DNA of 64,000 nucleotides from an uncultured Rhabdochlamydiaceae bacterium. GTDB taxonomy: Bacteria; Chlamydiota; Chlamydiia; Chlamydiales; Rhabdochlamydiaceae. Shown here in pieces: positions 8,642 to 15,920 of the stretch; position 1 is the first letter of the stretch, and every line of letters begins with the position of its first letter. The translations under genes and the position numbers were made by a program. The notes below the pieces were generated by a model. It was not told the DNA's origin. It did no database searches and saw nothing but the letters and a program-made list of their open reading frames with translations. Where the stretch lies: the NCBI GenBank assembly GCA_963712275.1, contig CAVQHD010000001.1:192001-256000 (forward strand), in the 5' to 3' direction.

Positions 8642-10639
8642 CTATTCTTCAAGATCGGATAAATTAAGTACTGTGTCTTTGCCTCTCTTTCCACGGTAAT
8701 TGACAGATAGCTTTTTAAGTCCCTGCTCCTTCATCGTTTTGAGCGCTTGATCAAGTTCTTGCCTATCTAGTTTTGAAAATTCACCTAAAATGGATAACTC
8801 TTCAATCTGTAACCCTTGCAAGCAAGCTCCTGTGATTTGTAGGTCGCTAAGAAAAAGCCTTTCCAAACTGCGGCCAAGCAATGCCTGCTTAAAGAGATCT
8901 TCTTTAATACCTTGAACCCGATGAATCCTGAGTGTTTTTAGGTGGAGCCCTTGCAAACAACTTCCTGTCATCCTGACACACTCGATTGAAAGACTCTTCA
9001 AAGTCGCTCTAATACTAGATAGAGCCTTTCCTAAATCATTTTCATTACAAGAGCTTCCCAACCTAAGACATAACGTCTCTATAGGCAATCCTTCAAATGT
9101 ATCTGGTAAGATTCCGCAATCCAGCACTTCTACAGATAATCTCTGCAAGCATGTTTGCGTCTTCAATACTTCTCTCAACTTTCCAGCTTGAACTTCAGAA
9201 CGCTCGGCGACTATTTTTATCTCTTTTAGTTGCAACCCCTCCAATGACACGTCATTCAGTGGATCTTCTTCCCTTTCTTCGAAGCCGCGAGTTTTGAGCA
9301 AATAAACTTTTTCCAAGCAGGGTGTCATTTTGACCACCTCTGTCAGAGTTTTTCCCTGAACATTTTCTATGAAAAGCTCTTCCAGCTCTAACGATCCAAA
9401 GTACTTTTCCATCGAATCCACTGGGGGAAACCATTTTTCTGCAATAAATCGAAGCTTTTTGATCTGCAGCCCCTTCATACACTGTTTATATTCCCATAGA
9501 TCACCATACCCTCCCTCAAGGATCAACTCCGGAATCTTTCCTTTCATATAACTTAGGAGCTGCTTAACTTTGCCCGAATAAAGAGCTTTAAAGTCAGGAT
9601 CCTGGCTTTCTCTCAGAGAAATCGTAAGTGTCTCAACTCCTCCCTCCTTCAAAAGACTGGAAAGTGCTTTTCCTGCAACCTGACTATCATCGCTCTCTCC
9701 TAAGAGCAGCCTGAGGTGATCGATTGTGGCTTCAGGGAGTTGAGTAGCTATGCGAGCTAATTGATCTGGCGTGACGGACCTCCCCAGCTCACACCCCAGC
9801 CGTTTTGTTGAGAGATACAGCGCCTGCCCGCGGTATTTAGGGCAAAAGATGCCAAAAAATTGAACGATTTTAGCAATATCAAAACCTCGTCTTGCAAAAG
9901 CCTTCGATAGGCAAGGTTTCTTCTTGGGAAAAAAAACCAAGCAGTCTTGATGATAAAGTAAATCTTTCCATGCCTTGCATACTGAAGCAAAAGCATGAAA
10001 GTCTGTAAAATCGTCTGCAGAATGAAGAATTCGCAAAAATATCTCTTTTCTCCAAAGCTCCTCGGGAACAATGCTCCAATGCTGTTCTTGATTTTTTGGA
10101 ATGCCGTTTTGGGTCTCTTCCTTTTGTTCCTCCTCTGTATTCAAGACGGCGGGTGGTAAAGAAGGCTCCTTAGGTGGAACTAATGGAACGCCTGTTGTTT
10201 TGTGCCTGACAAGCGATATCTTAAATGGATGAAACGAAATGTCGATTTTAAAAAGAGAAATCAATGCTTCTCCTCCTAGAATCACCCCTATTCCAACAAC
10301 AGCTGCAACTGAATAAGGAAGCTGCTCGCTGAGACGGAATTTAAATGCGCGAGGATAGGGACTATTTAAGACAATTCGAAGATAGGGAGACAAAGCGTAG
10401 AGAATCGCTGCGCCTCCGATGACAATTTGTCTTTGCCGTAGAGGAAGAGATTTTGCAAACAGATAGGCTTTGGGAACCCAAGAAGGGGGCGTTTTAAATG
10501 TGTGCTGGACATATCGAGACAAAGCAAAGCCGGCAGCTGCAGCAACAGCCCCCCCTATTAAGATCTTTTTGATTGGAAAAAGAGGGAAATACTGAGCAGT
10601 TACCGACTCAAGCGGCAGGAAAAGGGTATGAGTCGCCAT
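8642..10639 (-). CDS. F-box plus LRR-like protein with N-terminal hydrophobic segments (candidate effector)
   Basis: F-box-like WSIVPEELWRKEIF...FASVCKAWKDLL followed by LxxLxL repeats (LKSLSIECVRMTGSCL, LERLFLSDLQITGACL). Confidence 0.7.
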   Translation of the reverse strand: MATHTLFLPLESVTAQYFPLFPIKKILIGGAVAAAAGFALSRYVQHTFKTPPSWVPKAYLFAKSLPLRQRQIVIGGAAILYALSPYLRIVLNSPYPRAFKFRLSEQLPYSVAAVVGIGVILGGEALISLFKIDISFHPFKISLVRHKTTGVPLVPPKEPSLPPAVLNTEEEQKEETQNGIPKNQEQHWSIVPEELWRKEIFLRILHSADDFTDFHAFASVCKAWKDLLYHQDCLVFFPKKKPCLSKAFARRGFDIAKIVQFFGIFCPKYRGQALYLSTKRLGCELGRSVTPDQLARIATQLPEATIDHLRLLLGESDDSQVAGKALSSLLKEGGVETLTISLRESQDPDFKALYSGKVKQLLSYMKGKIPELILEGGYGDLWEYKQCMKGLQIKKLRFIAEKWFPPVDSMEKYFGSLELEELFIENVQGKTLTEVVKMTPCLEKVYLLKTRGFEEREEDPLNDVSLEGLQLKEIKIVAERSEVQAGKLREVLKTQTCLQRLSVEVLDCGILPDTFEGLPIETLCLRLGSSCNENDLGKALSSIRATLKSLSIECVRMTGSCLQGLHLKTLRIHRVQGIKEDLFKQALLGRSLERLFLSDLQITGACLQGLQIEELSILGEFSKLDRQELDQALKTMKEQGLKKLSVNYRGKRGKDTVLNLSDLEE

Positions 10640-10643
10640 AAAA

Positions 10644-11762
10644 TTACGCGTTAGGTAGAAATGCTTGTATTTTTCGATTTCTCAAAGAGAGATCAGGAGC
10701 TCTTTTAAAATACTCATAAAATAATCTTCGGAATCGACTTGCTAAAACAGCCTTCCATTCCTTGTTATTCCAGCTCTCTTCTTTGCTAAAGTCAGTCTTT
10801 TCATATATTTCTTCTATCAGTTTTGTTTCTTCTGAGCTTTCTTTCATGCTTATTTTACACTCAAAACGAAGAAACTCTATCCACTCTTTATCTTCTTTAA
10901 CCCCCATCTTACAAGCTTCCTCAGCAATCTTTTTGGCATTTGTGATTTGCTCCTTAAATTTACCCTCCTCTTTCGTTGCGTCTGATATCCTGAATGAAGC
11001 AACCGCTTTTTCATAGAGAAAGATCACCCGTTTGTGAATGACCATGGTTGTCGCATAGCACTCTTGAACTTGTGAAGGATGAAGATTCGCATGACGCCTT
11101 TTCCCTGCAGCCTCTTTTAATAGATCCAATTCCATGATCGTCTCTTCATCATAAGTCGCATGAACAATGCGCTCGCTTGAAACCGGGCACTGAAATGCCG
11201 AGAGAACATAATCATCTTCATTATAGGTCGTGATAATCTTCTCAGCATTGACATCCAAATGAACCTCTCTCCAGACTTTAAATTTTTCTTTTTTCTCAAG
11301 GCATATTGCAAGCCCTTTCTGAATATGCGACTGAGTGACCTTAAGGCATGAGATTGCTGATGTGAACGAAACCATCATTTTTATCAAAAGCCCCGCATGT
11401 GAATTGTCGCTATTTCCTATTTTCCATAGGTGATGTTGTAATTGATAAGCCGCCAGGCCTCCGACAGCTGAAGCTGTCAGTTCAGTAATCCTAATAACAT
11501 AAGACCTCTCTTTTGCCTCGGTTTGATGATCTTTAAGATACTTCTCATGAATCGCCCATCCATCTTGACTAAAAATCACATAAGATCCTCTTCCCAATTT
11601 TTGCAAGAAAGCCTCTCTCCTTTTTTCTTCAATATCGACAGGCTTTATTCCTGGAAAGAAAGGTCTTATTTCTCCTTCAAGGCGCTTTTTCCAATCTGTG
11701 AAAGGCAAGACGAATGCCGAAAACGATGAATATACAAGTGATGATAACGATGTTAGTGCCAT
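10644..11762 (-). CDS. Hypothetical protein with hydrophobic helices and degenerate U-box-like motif
   Basis: FQCPVSSERI motif; similar layout to 45983-46915 (FTCPVS, VIHKR vs VIHKK). Confidence 0.5.
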   Translation of the reverse strand: MALTSLSSLVYSSFSAFVLPFTDWKKRLEGEIRPFFPGIKPVDIEEKRREAFLQKLGRGSYVIFSQDGWAIHEKYLKDHQTEAKERSYVIRITELTASAVGGLAAYQLQHHLWKIGNSDNSHAGLLIKMMVSFTSAISCLKVTQSHIQKGLAICLEKKEKFKVWREVHLDVNAEKIITTYNEDDYVLSAFQCPVSSERIVHATYDEETIMELDLLKEAAGKRRHANLHPSQVQECYATTMVIHKRVIFLYEKAVASFRISDATKEEGKFKEQITNAKKIAEEACKMGVKEDKEWIEFLRFECKISMKESSEETKLIEEIYEKTDFSKEESWNNKEWKAVLASRFRRLFYEYFKRAPDLSLRNRKIQAFLPNA

Positions 11763-11888
11763 AATAACCTCCCTTGTGAACTTTTAATTAAGAGACTATC
11801 CCCAATAAAAACTCCCTTTTACTTTACTTAAATTCTAATTTTTAGTGGGAAGGCTTTTTTTTAGAGGTCGTTGCAAAACTCGCTTTCA

Positions 11889-11994
11889 GAAAAGATCCCA
11901 GCGATATAAGACCACTCTTTTCCCCTCCCCAACTTGCTGGCCAAGTCACCAAGCGCTCTTTCCAATTTCCAAGGGGCCCAAGGCCCAAGAGCTG
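11889..11994 (-). promoter_or_regulatory. Conserved non-coding tail downstream of variable region 1 (putative DGR target-recognition element)
   Basis: Shared with 15725-15830 and 18694-18800; TTGG-repeat tract and ACTTG-N5-CAAGT hairpin. Confidence 0.6.
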
Positions 11995-12084
11995 TTAGAA
12001 CTTCCGGCGACACCCCACCCCAACGTCCTCATAGTCGCTGCTGTAGTAGTGGTAGACGTTGAGGCCGCCCGCGGCAAAGGCGCC
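11995..12084 (-). repeat. Putative DGR variable region VR1 with invariant IMH-like 3' end
   Basis: Differs from VR2/VR3 only at codon positions 1-2 of NNC/NNT codons. Confidence 0.8.
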
Positions 12085-13965
12085 AACAACTAATACCCAT
12101 CCATTCTGCTTGTGATAGAGCTCTTGACACCGCATATAGGTCCATGGACTATCAGGATAAAGCTTTTGGCCTGTATTGACGTGGTGGAGGAATATACAGG
12201 TGGTTGCTTCAAGGATCTTAGGAAGTTCGTAAGCTACCCCAGTTTTTTGAGCGTAGGTTGCGACAAGCTGCTTCTGGTCAGCATAGGTTTTATTGCGGCT
12301 TCCTTCGATGACAGCACGGGTCATGAGAACCCAATACGATTGGATTACAGGTTGGTCTTGATACTCTCCTAAATCAAAAGACCAGTACTTCGTTGCAGGG
12401 CCTTGTTTTGGCTTTGCTGCGAGCTCTCCAAGGATTTTGAGGGTGAAGGGCTGGCCGTTCACGCTTCTGGGGATGAGGACGAGGAGGTGGGTTTCTTCGA
12501 CTTTTTTGCCAAGCCAGAAGGGACAGGGGCTTTGGAGGATTTGGTGGATGTCGGGAGGAAGGGGCGGCTCTGCACCGACATCGCCGAAGTAGGTGGCCCA
12601 TTTGGCTTTTCCAAAGGCGATGAAGGGAAGAGTAGAGGTGATGGGTTTGGGAGTGAAGACAATTGGAGGTGGAGGTTGAAGCGAGGGGCTTGATAGTGGA
12701 GAAGGTGGCGTTTTGTAAGTATGTGACGGCTGGGGTTGGGGCGAGGAAGGTGTTGCACTTCCAGCTGGGGCTTGTGGAGCTTGAATCTGCTGGAGCTTTT
12801 TATGCACAAACGTTCGAACTTTGCCTTGGGTATCGAAGAGTTGGGTGACCCACCGGTAGAACTCTTGGTCTTGAGAAGTTAAGGTTTGGTTGGGATCGAG
12901 GATGATGAGGACTTCCGATTTTTGTTCCAAGACTTGAATAAGGTTGGGGTCTTGCTTCACGATGTCTTTTTCAAGAAGGTCGAGAACATGTTGAAGCAGG
13001 TGGTGAACGGTGGTGGGGTTGAGGGGTTTGGCGGGGTTGGGGAGGAGGTCGGGTTGGAGTTCGACCCAAAACCGGGCGAGGGTTTGGGATTTTTGGAAGA
13101 CGACGATTTCATCCCAGGCGGGGTTTTGGGTGTCGGTGCAGGGGTAGTAGTTGGCGCACATGGGATCGGAGGGGTTGATGGAGATGACGGGGATGTAGTG
13201 GGCGTTGTAGTTTTGGTAGGCGCCAAGGCCTTGTCCGAGTTTTTGCATGTCGCTGGGGGTTTGGGGGTCGTCGGCGACGACGGGGTAGGGTTCTCGGAGG
13301 GAAACCCAGGCGAGGAGGAGGTTGCCGTCGCTGTAGATGTCGGCGGCATATCTAGCGCTGGTGGTGAAGTAGATGCCGCTTCCGAAGAAGCCGACGTCAG
13401 TGCTTTGGGTGTCGTCGGTGTTTTGAAGGAATTGGTGTTTGCCGAAGTAGGTGAAGCCGGTTTGGCAGATGGAGTGGGCAATGGGGGCTTTGGTGCCATG
13501 CCAGAAGGGAAGGACTTTGGTGGAAGTATAGGTATCTTTTCGTTGATTGGATTGTTGGATGGAGAAGGGAGAATAAGGAGCTGCGAGGGTGCGGAAGCGG
13601 TGGATGACTTTTTGTCTTAAGGTGGGGAGGTCTTCTTGGTTCCAACGGGGGGCAAAGTGGGGGCTTTGGGCTTCTTGCTCCATGGTGGGGATGGCGGCTT
13701 CAAATTGGTTGGTGTGGTGGGGGTTGTGGATGCAGTAGGCGCGGGAGATGGAGCGATTGAGGGGTCTTTGGGCTTGGAAGTACTGCTGGATGAAGGCCCA
13801 TTCAGGATCGGCTTGGGTGATTTCACATTTGCGATAAGTGGAAGAGGTGGTTGTTTGGGCTTGAAGTCTTTGAAACAGGGCTTTGCTGATGTGCCAGGGG
13901 GTTTGGGGATTTGGGAGGAGGTTTGCTAGAGGGGGTGGGAGGCTAGTGGGGGTTGCTGAGTGCAT
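11995..13965 (-). CDS. PARP-like ADP-ribosyltransferase + Pro-rich linker + C-terminal CLec-like DGR target domain (copy A)
   Basis: FWHGT, GFFGSGIYFT, WDEIVVF (H-Y-E triad); C-terminus VVGAFAAGGLNV...VGVGCRRKF. Confidence 0.8.
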   Translation of the reverse strand: MHSATPTSLPPPLANLLPNPQTPWHISKALFQRLQAQTTTSSTYRKCEITQADPEWAFIQQYFQAQRPLNRSISRAYCIHNPHHTNQFEAAIPTMEQEAQSPHFAPRWNQEDLPTLRQKVIHRFRTLAAPYSPFSIQQSNQRKDTYTSTKVLPFWHGTKAPIAHSICQTGFTYFGKHQFLQNTDDTQSTDVGFFGSGIYFTTSARYAADIYSDGNLLLAWVSLREPYPVVADDPQTPSDMQKLGQGLGAYQNYNAHYIPVISINPSDPMCANYYPCTDTQNPAWDEIVVFQKSQTLARFWVELQPDLLPNPAKPLNPTTVHHLLQHVLDLLEKDIVKQDPNLIQVLEQKSEVLIILDPNQTLTSQDQEFYRWVTQLFDTQGKVRTFVHKKLQQIQAPQAPAGSATPSSPQPQPSHTYKTPPSPLSSPSLQPPPPIVFTPKPITSTLPFIAFGKAKWATYFGDVGAEPPLPPDIHQILQSPCPFWLGKKVEETHLLVLIPRSVNGQPFTLKILGELAAKPKQGPATKYWSFDLGEYQDQPVIQSYWVLMTRAVIEGSRNKTYADQKQLVATYAQKTGVAYELPKILEATTCIFLHHVNTGQKLYPDSPWTYMRCQELYHKQNGWVLVVGAFAAGGLNVYHYYSSDYEDVGVGCRRKF

Positions 13966-14059
13966 ACGATTCTCCTTTTGTTGTGACTCGATGGAATCAA
14001 GTGAAAGGAGATATTAGTGAATGGTGAAGATATTTTTCAATAGATCGGAGTATCCCTCT

Positions 14060-15607
14060 TTATTTCACAAGAGCAGTCGCTTCCTCAATTGCGCCTTCTG
14101 GAGCGTGCTTTTGATGAAGCTGTTCTTGGTGTTCTGTGATATGGCGGTAGTCTTCGACCGTTTTAATGATGTGCGGGCGAACGAAAATCATCACACACCG
14201 CTTTTCCTCATGTTTGCGGGTCTTTCCAAATGCCGCCCCGATGTAGGGAAGCCCTCCAAGACAAGGGAGGCCTGCTTTATGCCGGCTCTTGGCATTTCGC
14301 ATCATTCCACTGAGAACAAGGAAATGTTTATCGGGGACGTGCACATGGGTCATCATATTTGTTTTGGTCGTTTGAATCCCTGACACATGCGAAGAGGAGA
14401 CGCCATTTGCCCCTGTAGAAATCGCCTCTGTGATCTCTTCACTGATATCGAGCGTAATCACATCTCCTTCCCCGAGCTTGGGCGTGATGCTTAAATTGAC
14501 CCCAATATCTCGATATTCGACATTAGCGGTTGTCTGCTGGCTTGATCCTGTTGTTTGGACAATGGATCCTGTGAAAGGGATGTTGTCCCCCACGAAAATC
14601 TTTGAGTTTTTATTATCTTGGGTGATGATTTTTTGATTTAAAACAATCGAACTATTTCCATCGGCCTGAAGAGCAGAAATCAAGGAGCCTAAAGAGAGAA
14701 ATGACTTCCCCTTGTGGAAAATAATATCGCCGATGACCCCCATATCAAACCCGTTTCCCAAAGGAATCTGGCTGGGCCCTAAAGGAGGGCTCACGCCATT
14801 CACCCCCTGAAAATTTAATGCAAAAGGGCCAGGCGATTGAGACGGGGGAAAGTTTCCTGTCCCAAATCCTAGTCCATCTTTATACCGTCCTCCCGCTGCC
14901 CACTGAAGCCCAAAATCAGAGGTGTTGCGAGCGTCTGTTTCAATCACAAGCACTTCAATGAAGACTTGTCGAAGCGCCGTATCTAAACTTTGAAAGAGCT
15001 GCTTCACATTTTTTAACGACTCGTCATCGCCCGAACAAACCAAAGAATTCGTCGCTTTAACCCATTGGACAGATTTGAGAACATTTAAATAACGGGGAGA
15101 TGTTTCAGGCTTTGATGCAAGGTCTACAGCAATCTTTTTAACTGTCTCTTCAATCTCGCCCCCTTCATGGTATTGAAGTTTATACACTAAAAATTGCGGC
15201 TTATTCTCGATCACCACTGCGTGAGGGGAAATCAGCAGTCCTTCTTCATGCGGTTGTTCATGGCTGCCTGCTAGGGGCGGCAACTCTTCTCCTCCCTTGT
15301 GGATCAAAAGATACCCTTCCTCTTGGGAAATCGATAATCCATGAGCTCTTAAAATTTGAACCAAGGCTCGAACAATCTGATCAGCAGAAACCGGTTTACC
15401 AGATGAAAGCGTGATATTAAATTGCAGATCCCGATGATTGAAGATAAAGTTCACATCGGAGATGCGTCTGACAAATTGAACAAACTCGACGACGGGAACA
15501 TCTTGAAAGTTGATGGTATAGTGATTGTCTTTCGTCGGCCCTTCCACCACCTCTGCAAAAAGAGCAGAACATGTCATGCATAAAAAAAGAAAAATATTCC
15601 GGATCAT
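14060..15607 (-). CDS. Secretin, shortened CdsC/SctC-like paralog
   Basis: Signal peptide MIRNIFLFLCMTCSALFA; N0-like YTINFQDVPVVEFVQFV; QVFIEVLVIET; YRDIGVNLSITP; GLPCLGGLPYIGAAFG; MIFVRPHII. Confidence 0.85.
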   Translation of the reverse strand: MIRNIFLFLCMTCSALFAEVVEGPTKDNHYTINFQDVPVVEFVQFVRRISDVNFIFNHRDLQFNITLSSGKPVSADQIVRALVQILRAHGLSISQEEGYLLIHKGGEELPPLAGSHEQPHEEGLLISPHAVVIENKPQFLVYKLQYHEGGEIEETVKKIAVDLASKPETSPRYLNVLKSVQWVKATNSLVCSGDDESLKNVKQLFQSLDTALRQVFIEVLVIETDARNTSDFGLQWAAGGRYKDGLGFGTGNFPPSQSPGPFALNFQGVNGVSPPLGPSQIPLGNGFDMGVIGDIIFHKGKSFLSLGSLISALQADGNSSIVLNQKIITQDNKNSKIFVGDNIPFTGSIVQTTGSSQQTTANVEYRDIGVNLSITPKLGEGDVITLDISEEITEAISTGANGVSSSHVSGIQTTKTNMMTHVHVPDKHFLVLSGMMRNAKSRHKAGLPCLGGLPYIGAAFGKTRKHEEKRCVMIFVRPHIIKTVEDYRHITEHQEQLHQKHAPEGAIEEATALVK

Positions 15608-15724
15608 CGTTTGACCTCTTATCGACCGTGTCTCAGGCACTGCCATTGACATTTTATGCAGAAACAACTTTTCTGAAAAGAGGTTTTTTGCTCCGTAAAG
15701 TGTTTTATTATACTTTCCGGATCA

Positions 15725-15830
15725 GAAAAGATCCCAGCGATTTAAGACCACCCTTTTCCCCTTCCCAACTTGCTGGCCAAGTTACCAAGCGCTCTTTCCA
15801 ATTTCCAAGGGACCCAAGGCCCAAGGGCTG
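15725..15830 (-). promoter_or_regulatory. Conserved non-coding tail downstream of variable region 2
   Basis: Homologous to 11889-11994; AACTTG-N5-CAAGTT hairpin at 15767-15783. Confidence 0.6.
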
Positions 15831-15920
15831 TTAGAACTTCCGGCGACACCCCACCCCAACGCACTCACCGGAGCTGCTGCAGTAGATGTTGACGTAGAGG
15901 CCGCCCGCGGCAAAGCCGCC
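15831..15920 (-). repeat. Putative DGR variable region VR2
   Basis: See VR1; encodes GGFAAGGLYVNIYCSSSGECVGVGCRRKF. Confidence 0.8.

Noticed and set aside
11889..11994. CCAAG/TTGG repeats as a CRISPR array
   Set aside because: Units are only 4-5 nt with no spacers, and there are no cas genes.
12886..13620. Long alternative-frame and antisense ORFs over the PARP-like genes (also 12957-13499, 19728-20426, 19763-20305)
   Set aside because: Low-complexity shadows caused by the C-rich codon bias of the real genes.
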